Assembly: GCA_963668355.1 (NCBI GenBank)
Contig: OY764265.1
Span: 928,001-992,000, forward strand
Length of the DNA: 64,000 nt
DNA from: Bdellovibrionota bacterium
GTDB lineage: Bacteria; Bdellovibrionota_G; JALEGL01; DATDPG01
Direction of reading: 5' to 3'
Shown here: in pieces, positions 48,985 through 58,974 of the stretch
Layout: each line of letters starts with the position of its first letter
Position numbering within the stretch: position 1 is the stretch's first letter
The notes under the pieces: model-generated
Database searches by the model: none
What the model was told of the DNA's origin: nothing
The model's input: only the letters and a program-made list of their open reading frames with translations
Position numbers and translations under genes: made by a program

Positions 48985-49410
48985 TTATTTGGCCATTTCC
49001 TCCGCAGCTTCGTTCATTTCCTTCTTAGCTGCCTTTTCCTTGGCCTTTCGACTCTTTCTCATATCTCTGGCCTCTTTTTTCATTTCATTTCGATTTTTCT
49101 TCATTTTTTTGCGCATTTCTTTGCGAGCCTCTTTTGTCTTCTCTCTTCTCTCCTTGCGCTCCTTCTTCATGGCTTTGCGTTGTTTCTTCGACTTCTTTTC
49201 CCAAGCTTTGGTCTCACGCTTGCTTTTTCGAGAAACGTCTTCAGAAAGCTCCTTGGCCTTCTCTTTCGTATTCGATGCGTCCATCTTTGCTTCTGCGGAA
49301 ATACCTTTCTCCGCAGCTTTCATGCTCTTGGTTGCGGAAACATCCGCAGCAAAAACTGAACTTGAAAAGAGAGCCAACGAAAAAACCAAAACAAAATGTC
49401 TGATCATCAT
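48985..49410 (-). CDS. secreted K/E/R/A-rich helical protein
   Basis: SD AAGGA, signal peptide ending VFA, highly charged low-complexity body. Confidence 0.8.
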   Translation of the reverse strand: MMIRHFVLVFSLALFSSSVFAADVSATKSMKAAEKGISAEAKMDASNTKEKAKELSEDVSRKSKRETKAWEKKSKKQRKAMKKERKERREKTKEARKEMRKKMKKNRNEMKKEARDMRKSRKAKEKAAKKEMNEAAEEMAK

Positions 49411-49436
49411 GATGTGTTCCTTTCAATTATGAAAAT

Positions 49437-50297
49437 TTAGGCATGCGCCTCACGGGACTTACCCGTCGACAAACTTTCAACCACTTTAGTATCAAAATGG
49501 ACATCCATTTGTGGAAATGGAATGCCAATTCCAGCCTGATCAAGTTGATTCTTAATCTCTCGAACTCCGTCTTGATGGACACCCCAATAATTTTCCGTCT
49601 TCGTCCAAACACGAACCACCCAGTCTACGGAAGAAGCTCCCAGGCCAGATAAAAATACCTGATGTTCCGGATCGCTGAGCAAGTTTGGAATGTTCTTGAC
49701 GGCTGCCTCTAAGGTCTCACGTGTTTTATCGATGTCTGCGGAATAATCTACGCCGACAGAAATATCGACTCGCCGAATCGGATGATGTGTCACATTCTCA
49801 ATGGTTGAGCCAAAAATACTTCCATTGGGAATGATGATTTTTCGATTATCCGGTGTTTTGAGTGTCGTCGTAAACAACTCGATTTCCTCCACCGTGCCGG
49901 TTACGCCAGCAGCATTGATGAAATTTCCAATCTTAAACGGACGAAAAACCAACAACATGACACCCGAAGCTAGGTTTCCAAGAGCTCCCTGAAACGCTAA
50001 GCCTACAGCCAAACCAGCAGCTGCAATCACTGCAGCAAAGCTTGCGGTCTGAATGCCAAAAACACCCAGACACCCCACAATGGCAAATACGAGAATGGCA
50101 TAACAAACCATCTGAGAGATGAATCGAGAAAGTGTAAGATCGACATTCGCTTTTTCAAGCGCCTTCAATGTCCAAGAACGCAAGATTCCTGCGATAACCC
50201 AAGCCGCAAAAAGCGCCACCAACACGCCCACAACCTTTGGGCCATAAGTCGTTAAGAGAGACCACCCCGCGTCACTAATTTTATCGATATTTTGCAT
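49437..50297 (-). CDS. mscS: small-conductance mechanosensitive channel
   Basis: GIQTASFAAVIAAAGLAVGLAFQG.L.N.ASG, RPFKIG, IPFPQ. Confidence 0.95.
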   Translation of the reverse strand: MQNIDKISDAGWSLLTTYGPKVVGVLVALFAAWVIAGILRSWTLKALEKANVDLTLSRFISQMVCYAILVFAIVGCLGVFGIQTASFAAVIAAAGLAVGLAFQGALGNLASGVMLLVFRPFKIGNFINAAGVTGTVEEIELFTTTLKTPDNRKIIIPNGSIFGSTIENVTHHPIRRVDISVGVDYSADIDKTRETLEAAVKNIPNLLSDPEHQVFLSGLGASSVDWVVRVWTKTENYWGVHQDGVREIKNQLDQAGIGIPFPQMDVHFDTKVVESLSTGKSREAHA

Positions 50298-50315
50298 ATT
50301 AAATTCCTTTCAGGC

Positions 50316-51122
50316 TTAAATTAAGTCAAAGACAAGCCCCACTTGGGTTGTCGTATCTGTCTTCTTCTTGCCCGCAACCGGTTCATTATCAAACTTCACT
50401 TTGAAGCTCGCCTTGAACGCAAGAATATCCGTCAATTTCATGGTCAATGCCGTTTCAGAATTGAGACGAACATCATCTCCTTCCGTCACATTGAAAAGCG
50501 CTTCGATGTCCTGTGAAAAAGAAGCATATTTCGAGAAATCGTGTTTATAGAGAGCATATGCACGAGCCGAATGAATCGTTTCATCTGGGGGCGCCACACG
50601 ATCTTCACGGGTGAGATCGTAACCAACTTCATACTTAAAAAAGTTTGGATCCGTTTTCCAGAGCTCATGAGATAAACCCGTGGCCCCTCCATATCGAAGG
50701 TCAAACCCAGCTGGAGCATCGGCACCAATATGGCCTAACCCAAACAAAGAAAGTGGGTCACTGACGAAACGATCGTAGCGCAAAGAGGTTTTCCAGTTTT
50801 TTGTGTTCGTGGATTTGATCCCGGTGGCCGGATCTTTGGAACGTCCGTAGTTAAATTCGCCTTTCCATTCCAATTTATTCCGTTCCAATTTCCACGAAAC
50901 GAGACCATTGCCTCCCACCGTTTCATTTTCCGAGTTTCCTGTATTCAGGATTCCATTTATTCCCGCATCCGCATTCCATTCGGCCTTCGGAGCTTGAGCA
51001 ACCTCGGTTTCAACCGCTTCTTCAATCGCTTCACTCGAAGTCGGCGTGTCCTGATCCTCCTGAGCCCATACACCCAGAGGAGCCGTCATTACAAAAACCA
51101 TTAAAGCCATCCACATCTTCAT
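50316..51122 (-). CDS. DUF481/YdiY-like outer membrane beta-barrel
   Basis: Signal peptide, NTGNSE, amphipathic strands, D..P..G...D.....L. Confidence 0.8.
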   Translation of the reverse strand: MKMWMALMVFVMTAPLGVWAQEDQDTPTSSEAIEEAVETEVAQAPKAEWNADAGINGILNTGNSENETVGGNGLVSWKLERNKLEWKGEFNYGRSKDPATGIKSTNTKNWKTSLRYDRFVSDPLSLFGLGHIGADAPAGFDLRYGGATGLSHELWKTDPNFFKYEVGYDLTREDRVAPPDETIHSARAYALYKHDFSKYASFSQDIEALFNVTEGDDVRLNSETALTMKLTDILAFKASFKVKFDNEPVAGKKKTDTTTQVGLVFDLI

Positions 51123-51282
51123 GATTACCTTCCCTTATTCTTTGAATTTATGATCGGCTTCACACGCATTTCTTGATGAAGAAAGCGGATGAACCCTATA
51201 GAAGAGTCAACAAAAGACCCACTCAGAATCTATAAAAGTGGAGCGGAAATACCAAAAAAGCCCAAACCCGACAAGATTTAGG

Positions 51283-52248
51283 TCAGGCATCCAAATGACA
51301 GGCCAAACAATGTCCTGGAGCCACTTCTCGAAGCGACGGGGCCTCCGCCGAGCACTGCTCTATTGCCAAAGGACACCTTGTCCGAAACACACACCCAGAA
51401 GGAGGCTGGGATGGATCTGGAACCTCTCCGGTCAAGAGAATGCGTTTTTTTGAATGTTCTGGATCCAAAACGGGAACGGAGGAAATCAAGGCACGAGTAT
51501 AGGGATGCCGGGCATTTTCTCGAAGACTGGAGGCTGGAAGTTTTTCCATCACCCTGCCCAAATACATGACCACCACTTCATCGGAAAAAAATTCGACCAC
51601 ACGAAGATCATGAGAAATAAACAAGAAGGCTATTTGAAATTGTTTCTGAAGATCTTTCAATAAGTTGATGATTTGAGCTTGGATGGAAACATCCAAGGCC
51701 GACACCGGCTCATCCGCCACAATCATTTTCGGCTCTACCGCGAGCGCACGAGCAATCCCAACTCTCTGTCTTTGGCCCCCACTAAACTCATGAGGAAACT
51801 TATCTAAATCTTCTTTTCCCAAACCCACAATTTCCAACACTTCCAAGACTCGGCTTTCACGGTTTTTTGCGCTCAATCGATGATGCAGAAGCAGGGCTTC
51901 TTCAATCGTTTTCCGAACACGCATCCGAGGATTGAGGGATCCATAGGGGTCCTGAAAAATCATCTGGGCCTTTTTTCTCCAACTTTGAAGCCGGTCGGCA
52001 GAAAAACTCTGAATGTCTTCACCGTCGAAAATAATCTGCCCTGCCGTTGGCTCTAATAACCGGAGAATGGATCTCCCTACGGTGGTTTTTCCACACCCAG
52101 ACTCACCCACCAAGGCGACCGTTTTTCCCTTAGGGATTTCAAAAGACACATCTTCCACAGCCTGGACGAAACCGGACGGACGTTGAAGTAGACCCTCCGT
52201 AAGCGGAAAGTACTTTTTTAAACCGGTAACCTTCAACAAACTTGTCAT
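51283..52248 (-). CDS. oppF: oligopeptide/dipeptide ABC transporter ATPase
   Basis: GESGCGKT, FQDPYGSLNPR, FSGGQRQR, HPYT, GC.F..RC. Confidence 0.9.
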   Translation of the reverse strand: MTSLLKVTGLKKYFPLTEGLLQRPSGFVQAVEDVSFEIPKGKTVALVGESGCGKTTVGRSILRLLEPTAGQIIFDGEDIQSFSADRLQSWRKKAQMIFQDPYGSLNPRMRVRKTIEEALLLHHRLSAKNRESRVLEVLEIVGLGKEDLDKFPHEFSGGQRQRVGIARALAVEPKMIVADEPVSALDVSIQAQIINLLKDLQKQFQIAFLFISHDLRVVEFFSDEVVVMYLGRVMEKLPASSLRENARHPYTRALISSVPVLDPEHSKKRILLTGEVPDPSQPPSGCVFRTRCPLAIEQCSAEAPSLREVAPGHCLACHLDA

Positions 52249-53210
52249 GCGCGTATGCACCTTACCCAATGGCCATGTTCAACTTCGCGAAGCGAAGGAT
52301 GCTCTTTTGTGCATTCCGAAGTGGCCTCCTTGCAACGGTCAAAAAAGCGACAATGCTTGGAGACTTGATCGGGAGGAGGAACCCTACCCTCAATGGTGGG
52401 CAGACGATCTTTTGAAATGCGTTCAGCAAGACCGGGCAAGGCGTTTTGCAGAGCGATTGTATAAGGATGTTTCGATGCGCTGTATATTCTCTCGACACGG
52501 GCCATCTCGACAATCTCTCCGGCATACATGACCGCAACTCGATTGGCCAACTCCGCAACCACACCCAAGTCATGGGTAATGAGAAGCACTCCCATATCAT
52601 TTTGCCTTTGCAGGTTCTCAATCAACTCCAAAATTTGTGCTTGAATTGTCACATCCAAGGCCGTTGTGGGTTCATCCGCAATCAAAATCGAAGGCTTACA
52701 CACCAGAGCCATGGCAATCATTGCCCTTTGTCGAAGGCCTCCGCTCAATTGATGTGGGTGGTAGGAAGCTCTCTTCTGGGCGGATGGAATGCCAACTTGT
52801 TCCATCATTTCAATGGCACGATCGAGAGACTCTTTCTTCGATTTGTTTTCATGAACCTGAACCACTTCAGCGATTTGATCCCCTACCGAAAAAACCGGAT
52901 TCAGAGCCGTCATGGGTTCTTGAAACACCATACTGATCTTGGAACCTCGAAAGCTCTGAAGCTCTCTTTCCGACAAGGTCAGCAAATCTTTTCCATTGAA
53001 AAGAACGCGCCCTCGGTCAATGTAACCAGGAGGAGAGGGCAACAGCCGCGTCAAGGAAAGGGCTGTGATTGACTTTCCACAACCAGACTCCCCCACCAAG
53101 CCGAGAATTTCTCCACGGTTCAACTCCAAGGAGACATCCGTAACGACTGGGAAGGTCTCTTTTCTGAATTGAAACGAAAGAGACAGTCCTTGTACGTCGA
53201 GCATGGGCAC
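52245..53210 (-). CDS. oppD: oligopeptide/dipeptide ABC transporter ATPase
   Basis: GESGCGKS, FQEPMTALNP, LSGG.RQR, ADEPTTALDVTIQAQ. Confidence 0.9.
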   Translation of the reverse strand: MPMLDVQGLSLSFQFRKETFPVVTDVSLELNRGEILGLVGESGCGKSITALSLTRLLPSPPGYIDRGRVLFNGKDLLTLSERELQSFRGSKISMVFQEPMTALNPVFSVGDQIAEVVQVHENKSKKESLDRAIEMMEQVGIPSAQKRASYHPHQLSGGLRQRAMIAMALVCKPSILIADEPTTALDVTIQAQILELIENLQRQNDMGVLLITHDLGVVAELANRVAVMYAGEIVEMARVERIYSASKHPYTIALQNALPGLAERISKDRLPTIEGRVPPPDQVSKHCRFFDRCKEATSECTKEHPSLREVEHGHWVRCIRA

Positions 53211-53220
53211 GAATGGGTTC

Positions 53221-53991
53221 CTATTTTCCGATCAGAATTTCCGCCCGCTCGATGGCGCGAGAGGCAATTCCTGGAGGCACATCAATGGAAAAATGACTGG
53301 AAGGAATGGGCTCATTTGGAAAAACTTTTCGGAACTTCACAGACAAAGCTCCCTCAGAAGTCGAAAGAGAAAGTCGAGATGGATAAGACCCGACCGGGGT
53401 CGACATGGGACGACCATATCGAATCACAAGATTCCGATCTCCCTTTTCTCGAATAGACTCCAACCAACCCGAACGATTGATCTTCCAAACCTGTACATTT
53501 TTTCCATCTTTCATGGTGATGGTTTTTACTCCTCGGCGAACGTGCATTTTTGTGATGTTGCCTTTGGGTTCTGGAATGTACCCCAAGAGCAAACTTACCC
53601 ACTCCTGCGTGGAAATGCGAATGCCCAACAAACTGGCCATTCCGGTCTCTCCCTCTCCTTCGTAATGAAGGGCTTTGGCCGGAATATAGAGTCGTATATG
53701 GTTCTCGATGGCGTTGGCTTGGGAAACCGGAAAACCAAAACCTCCAGCTTCCACAAAAAATTTAGACGGGAACTCGGCTAAAAACCACGCATGAAACCGA
53801 ACGGCCCGTCCCGGCCTCCGGAATTCGACTCGCCCCTCAGCCTTCAGGCTGGTGAGTTGGGCACGACCAAGGTGAACCGAATGTAGAAGCTCTTCGACTT
53901 CAGGTGGAACTTGCGAAACTTTTGGTTGGGAAGCACACCCCACCAAGCTCAACAGAATCCCGAAAACACTTACTAAAAGACTATTTCGCAT
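53221..53991 (-). CDS. lipoprotein, LolB/DUF4292-like fold
   Basis: Lipobox LVG|C, SLKA.G.V, LLG..P, P....L, F....P; follows a TPR gene. Confidence 0.6.
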   Translation of the reverse strand: MRNSLLVSVFGILLSLVGCASQPKVSQVPPEVEELLHSVHLGRAQLTSLKAEGRVEFRRPGRAVRFHAWFLAEFPSKFFVEAGGFGFPVSQANAIENHIRLYIPAKALHYEGEGETGMASLLGIRISTQEWVSLLLGYIPEPKGNITKMHVRRGVKTITMKDGKNVQVWKINRSGWLESIREKGDRNLVIRYGRPMSTPVGSYPSRLSLSTSEGALSVKFRKVFPNEPIPSSHFSIDVPPGIASRAIERAEILIGK

Positions 53992-55741
53992 CCAACTCAT
54001 TGATCTTCTCCTTAATGCGGTCCATGTCCTTCTTTTCTTGGGTGAATTTCAAGGCCTCCTGATAAAACTTTTTCGCCTTTCCCGTATTTTCCTTTTGTTT
54101 CCATACATCCCCCAAATGTTCCAAAATGACGGGTTCTTCCGGAATGAGTTCCGCTGCCTTTTCCAACCACTTGAGCCCTTCTTCCGTTTTACCCAATTTA
54201 ATCTTTACCCAGCCCAAGCTGTCGGTAATGAATCCGTCCTCGGGTTTGACCTCCAGGGCTCGACGAATCAAAATTTCCGCCTCCTCCAAGTGAATGCCCT
54301 TTTCCGCGAAGCTATAACCTAAATAATTTAACGCATTGGCGTGATCCGAGTTGAGCTCAATGACTCTTCGCATACACTCTTCCATCTTGGCAAACCGATC
54401 CAGCCTGTCATAGACCTCCCCCAAAGCAAACCAAAGGGTTTCATTCTTGGGCTTCTTTTGGAGTGCCTTTTCCAACACGCCAACCGCGTCTTCCCCACGT
54501 TCCATCAAAATATACATATGGGCCAAGCTCGCCAGAATTTCGTCTGCATCCGGCTCATGTTTCAAACCTTCCCGAAGCGCTCGCTCAGCTGCGGAAAGAT
54601 TTCCATCTTTTTGCCACAAAAAGGCCAAGGCCAGACGACCATCGACATAAACATCTGACTTCGGAGAAATTCTGGAAAAATGCCTCCTGGCGGAGTCATT
54701 CTGATTCAAACGTTCCCGTGTCAATCCAACGTAATAGTGAAGACGATCCTTCTCAGGAACATCCTTTAAAAGAGAGGAAAACTCTCGATCGGCCGCCTTG
54801 TACTGTTGTGTTTGAAAATAAATCAACCCGAGGCGCAATCTTGCCGTAAAATTCTGAGGATCCTGTTGCCCCACCACTTTCAGTTCCTTCTCTGCTTTGG
54901 GAAGATTCCCGGAATCCAAATACACCTCGGCCAAATGCGCACGAACCGAAAGATTGTCTGGCTCAATGAGCAAAATCTTTTCAAAAGCCTCAACCGCCTT
55001 CTGTTGATCTCCCTGAAACTCGTGGATCAGTGCAATGGCCTTGAGGGCAGATAGAAAATTGGAATTGATTTCCAAAGACTTCTCGTAAGCGGCCAATGCG
55101 AGATCCAGTTGGTTGGTCTCTGAATACACTCTTCCCAAATAGTAATAACCAAACAAACTGGATGGATTTGTCTGGACCAAGTCTTTTAAGGTTTCGATCG
55201 CCTTGTCCGAACGGCCCGATTCCAAGTAGATGGAGGAAAGAGCGATGATTCCCTCTTCATCCTCAGGATCAATCTTTACGACTTCCTGAAAAGCCTCTTC
55301 GCTGGCGGGCCATTGACTTTGTGACGCCGCAATCCTACCGATCAACATCCAAGCTTCGCGAGATTTAGGATTCAGTTCTGCGGCTTTCCGAGCATATTGT
55401 TCCGACTGTTTCCAGTCCCCTTTCCTGGCAAAAAGCATCGCCAAACGTAGATACAAAAGAGGTTCCTGAGGATTTTTCTCAAGGGCCTTCTCATAGGCTT
55501 CGATCGAATCCTCTGTTTTGCCCTGATTGGCCAACCGATAGGCCTCGAGAAATTCGGCATAGGTCTCCGCCATGGGGGCCTCAATCGGCCAATGTGCATC
55601 GTGTCCCGGTCCCCGAAACACCGGCCTTTTTTCCGCACAACCCGCTCCCACCAATAATAAGGTGAAAAGCGATGTCAGCACATGCATAAACTTCCGGTTC
55701 GTGTTCCTTGGGGCGATTATTCTCGTTCTAAAAAAGTTCAT
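53981..55741 (-). CDS. TPR-repeat lipoprotein
   Basis: Lipobox GAG|C, many TPRs, ALNYLGYS..E, DSLGW, EHLGDV. Start may be 55687. Confidence 0.9.
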   Translation of the reverse strand: MNFFRTRIIAPRNTNRKFMHVLTSLFTLLLVGAGCAEKRPVFRGPGHDAHWPIEAPMAETYAEFLEAYRLANQGKTEDSIEAYEKALEKNPQEPLLYLRLAMLFARKGDWKQSEQYARKAAELNPKSREAWMLIGRIAASQSQWPASEEAFQEVVKIDPEDEEGIIALSSIYLESGRSDKAIETLKDLVQTNPSSLFGYYYLGRVYSETNQLDLALAAYEKSLEINSNFLSALKAIALIHEFQGDQQKAVEAFEKILLIEPDNLSVRAHLAEVYLDSGNLPKAEKELKVVGQQDPQNFTARLRLGLIYFQTQQYKAADREFSSLLKDVPEKDRLHYYVGLTRERLNQNDSARRHFSRISPKSDVYVDGRLALAFLWQKDGNLSAAERALREGLKHEPDADEILASLAHMYILMERGEDAVGVLEKALQKKPKNETLWFALGEVYDRLDRFAKMEECMRRVIELNSDHANALNYLGYSFAEKGIHLEEAEILIRRALEVKPEDGFITDSLGWVKIKLGKTEEGLKWLEKAAELIPEEPVILEHLGDVWKQKENTGKAKKFYQEALKFTQEKKDMDRIKEKINELDAK

Positions 55742-55768
55742 TCAGTCCAATTCCTCCGCTGAATCGGC

Positions 55769-56497
55769 TCAGCTTCTCATCTTTTCAAAAAACAGACTTC
55801 GAATCAGCGCGACCGCACTCAAAGCTGCATTTTCCGTTCTCAACACATACGGGCCCAGACAAATTTTCAAAAAACCTTCCGCCTCAAGCTCCTCACGCTC
55901 TGAATCCGACCATCCACCTTCCGGCCCCACAAGCACACTCACCGTTTTGGGCCGATTTCCCAAAATACTCGTCACGCCTTGGGCTGAGCGATCGGTGTCA
56001 AACATCAGCTTCATATCGGCTTGTGTTCGCCTCTTCAGTTCCTGAAAAGAAACCGGGCCTACAATTTCAGGAAGATACGGGTTCCCGCTTTGGCGCATAG
56101 CTTCTTGGGCAACCCGCTCCCAACGATGATGCTGGCCAAAAGAGGCTTTGGCGACTGAAAATTCAGACTCCGCAAAAACGATGCGCCCAACTCCCCACTC
56201 AACGGACCGACGGATCACCTCCGAGGCCTTTTCTCCCTTGGGTAGTGCATAACCGAGCGTGATCTCTGGATCTGGGCGGGCCTCTGTCTGAACCGAGATC
56301 ACGCGAAGCATGGCCCGGTTGCGCTTTAAACTGATCAACTCAGATACGCGAGAACCTCCCTGACCGTCCAACAAACTGACCCTTTGTCCAGGTTTCAGCC
56401 GAAGCACTCGGGACAGAATATGCGCGGGTTCATTCACTAGCTCGATCTCATGTCCAGGACCCTGAGTCGATGGAGCAAATAACCGAACCATTTTCAT
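55769..56497 (-). CDS. rsmE: 16S rRNA m3U1498 methyltransferase
   Basis: H...VLRL, EA..QS, VGPEGG, LG..VLRTE.A. Confidence 0.95.
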   Translation of the reverse strand: MKMVRLFAPSTQGPGHEIELVNEPAHILSRVLRLKPGQRVSLLDGQGGSRVSELISLKRNRAMLRVISVQTEARPDPEITLGYALPKGEKASEVIRRSVEWGVGRIVFAESEFSVAKASFGQHHRWERVAQEAMRQSGNPYLPEIVGPVSFQELKRRTQADMKLMFDTDRSAQGVTSILGNRPKTVSVLVGPEGGWSDSEREELEAEGFLKICLGPYVLRTENAALSAVALIRSLFFEKMRS

Positions 56498-56602
56498 GAC
56501 AGGTCTCCCCACGCCGCAACCCCTTGGATTCCTGGATTGTTATAGATCACGCTGGCAGCATAATCGGAAACGAAACACAAGGAAATGGTCCCCTTGAAGC
56601 CT

Positions 56603-56632
56603 TTGACATCAACCTTTCACACAGGCTACTTT
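56603..56632 (+). promoter_or_regulatory. sigma70 promoter, probably leaderless
   Basis: TTGACA-18 bp-TACTTT, ending 7 nt before ATG 56640; no SD. Confidence 0.7.
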
Positions 56633-56639
56633 CAGACTC

Positions 56640-56921
56640 ATGAGACTCAAACCAGAAGAAATCACCTCAATTGTGCGAAGGTTGCTCCAAACATGGGTCG
56701 AAAGTCCTCATGTCGAACTGCTTCAAGATGCTTCAAAAGTGAAAATCATTTTGGAGAGTATTTTGACCAAGGAAATTCAAGCAGAAGAAAACTTAGACGA
56801 AGAAGTAGAAAAGCTCCTGGGAAAATATGAAAAGGAGTTTGCGAAGGGAACATTGGATCGACGAAAAATGTTTCAAATGGCGAAGGCCCAACTGGCTAAA
56901 GAAAAAGGAATCGTTCTATGA
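56640..56921 (+). CDS. DUF507 family protein
   Basis: MRL, E..LD.EV...L, MF...K..LAKE.G.VL. Confidence 0.8.
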   Translation: MRLKPEEITSIVRRLLQTWVESPHVELLQDASKVKIILESILTKEIQAEENLDEEVEKLLGKYEKEFAKGTLDRRKMFQMAKAQLAKEKGIVL

Positions 56922-57190
56922 AGATTTCGGAAAACCAAGTTTCTCACTTTTCAAACATCCTCATGCACGGAGCCGAGAAACAAAAAGCCATACGTTGCGT
57001 CGACTCCCACCAAGTTTTAAAAACCACAAAAGAAGTTTTTCAGTCATTCCTTCGAGTCAATGACGAAACTGACGCCTTTGTTCGGAAAAAAATTGCTTCC
57101 TCATCCCGGTCCATCCCGGAAGGCAGCCGAGAATGGGACATTCTGTATCGAAAGTACTTTGAGGAGGAAATGAAAAAGCGGTGGCGTTGA
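56918..57190 (+). CDS. DUF507 family protein
   Basis: VR.KI.S..R.I.EGS.EWDILY.KY.EEE. Confidence 0.85.
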   Translation: MKISENQVSHFSNILMHGAEKQKAIRCVDSHQVLKTTKEVFQSFLRVNDETDAFVRKKIASSSRSIPEGSREWDILYRKYFEEEMKKRWR

Positions 57191-58974
57191 AGCAGCTTCA
57201 CGACAAAAATTTTCGCTTTTGGTTTCCGGCTCTTCTTTTTTTTGGTTCGTTTCTTTTTCTTCGCTTTTGGGGGCTCGGAGACAAGCCCTACCATCATGAC
57301 GAGTCTCTTTATGCGATTGAGTCTTGGAGATATGCCGAAAAGGCTCTGTATCAATTCAACCCCATGCTTCACGGGCCATTCTTATTTCACCTTCAAGCCC
57401 TCTTATTTAAAATTTTTCCCATCAACGACTTCACGGGTCGCTTGCCCGTAGCCTTAGCCAACCTTGGGACACTACTTCTTGGCGCGTTTGTTTTTCGTCA
57501 AAACCGACTGGCCACAATCATTTGGCTTGCTCTGTTCACTTTTTCGCCAATCATGGCTTATTTCGCACGTTTCCTCGGAATGGATTCTTTAATGACGTTT
57601 TTGGGAATCCTTCTTCTGGTTTCTTGCCTTCAACTCATTAAAACCAAAAAAGTTTCTTATTTGTATCTCACGTTTCTTTGCATTTCTTTGATGTATTGCA
57701 CGAAACTCAATTCTCTTTTTTACTTTTTTGCTTTTTCAACCTTCGGCATCCTCTGCGTCTCACGATTCCCCCACATTCGGACGCAGCTCGGTTTTCTAAA
57801 AACGTTTCGCTGGCATTGGCTGGGAGCCTTCGTTCTTGCTTCCATTGTTTTCATCTTTCTATTTTCTTCCATGGGCAGCCATTGGGATGGAGTTCTGGAT
57901 GGGCTCTACCGCAAGATGATTCCATACTGGGTGAAACAGCATTCAATTCAGAGAATCAAAGGGCCCTTCCACTATTACATTCCCTACCTCGTTCTTTACG
58001 AGCTTCCACTCCTTTTGATCCTGCTTGGGACCTTTTTGTACAGAACTCACAAAACCAAAAAAAGTCGCCGCGAACTTACTTGGCTGCTGTTTTGTTTCTT
58101 CGTGACATGGGGAATCCTTTCCCAATTTTGGAAAGCCATCCTTCCGTTCATGGACAAAGCCCTTCATATGACGCATCCCATCCACCTTTCCCTAGCGATT
58201 GCGTTGGTATGGAGCGTGGCTTTATTGGTAAGAAATCACTTTAAAAAACAGGAATTTCTGTTGGCATTCTTTGCCTACTGGGCAGGCATTTCTTTTCTTC
58301 TGTATTCCTATGCTGGAGAAAAAATTCCTTGGTTGAGCGTACATATTTTACTCCCGCTTTTGCTCTACACTTCCCTGACGCTGAGTCAGTTTTTCCGACA
58401 GGGCATCCGTTCCGTCCAAGCAAAATGGTTTGTCGTTCTTCTTGCAGGCATGGGTTTAGGTTGGCAGGCTTTAAACACCTACCGAGCCACACATCTCATG
58501 TCAGCCGATCCCAGAGAGAGTCTGGTCTATACTCACACGTCTTGGGAGATGCTAGATCTCGTCAATAATATTGAGACCGTGGCCACAGAAACCGGAGCCG
58601 GAAAAACGATTAGCTTGCAAGTGATTGGAATGGGCGCGTGGCCCCTATATTGGTACCTAAGAGATTATGACCGTTGGTTCTATGAAAGAGTAGAAATGGA
58701 CCGTGAACCTTGGATTGTCGTTCACGACTGGAAAAACCACAAAAGAATTTCCAATCTTGTGGGCCCCAACTATCGACAAGAAAGATTTAAACTTCGCGAA
58801 TGGTGGGTTCCGGATTTAACAAAAATGACCGTTTGGAATGCTATTCGTTATTATTTTACACGCGAACCGTTTAGCATTTTAGGTAGTCAAGACATTGTTG
58901 TCTTCATTCGAAAGGATCTGCTTGCGGTTTGGCCTCAATTAATTTCGGGAGACAACCACACCAAGGCGGATTGA
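57181..58974 (+). CDS. GT-C-type membrane glycosyltransferase-like protein (TIGR03663/Agl23-like)
   Basis: LRF..L...PYHHDE, P.LHGP, many TMs, GPF.YY, EK.PWL, Y.HT, WP..WYLR. Confidence 0.8.
   Translation: MALKQLHDKNFRFWFPALLFFGSFLFLRFWGLGDKPYHHDESLYAIESWRYAEKALYQFNPMLHGPFLFHLQALLFKIFPINDFTGRLPVALANLGTLLLGAFVFRQNRLATIIWLALFTFSPIMAYFARFLGMDSLMTFLGILLLVSCLQLIKTKKVSYLYLTFLCISLMYCTKLNSLFYFFAFSTFGILCVSRFPHIRTQLGFLKTFRWHWLGAFVLASIVFIFLFSSMGSHWDGVLDGLYRKMIPYWVKQHSIQRIKGPFHYYIPYLVLYELPLLLILLGTFLYRTHKTKKSRRELTWLLFCFFVTWGILSQFWKAILPFMDKALHMTHPIHLSLAIALVWSVALLVRNHFKKQEFLLAFFAYWAGISFLLYSYAGEKIPWLSVHILLPLLLYTSLTLSQFFRQGIRSVQAKWFVVLLAGMGLGWQALNTYRATHLMSADPRESLVYTHTSWEMLDLVNNIETVATETGAGKTISLQVIGMGAWPLYWYLRDYDRWFYERVEMDREPWIVVHDWKNHKRISNLVGPNYRQERFKLREWWVPDLTKMTVWNAIRYYFTREPFSILGSQDIVVFIRKDLLAVWPQLISGDNHTKAD

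Noticed and set aside
48967..49432. Hydrophobic plus-strand ORFs
   Set aside because: Antisense shadows of the Lys/Glu-rich gene on the minus strand.
51283..53210. oppD/oppF without permease or binding-protein genes
   Set aside because: Split peptide-transporter loci are common; partners are probably elsewhere in the genome.
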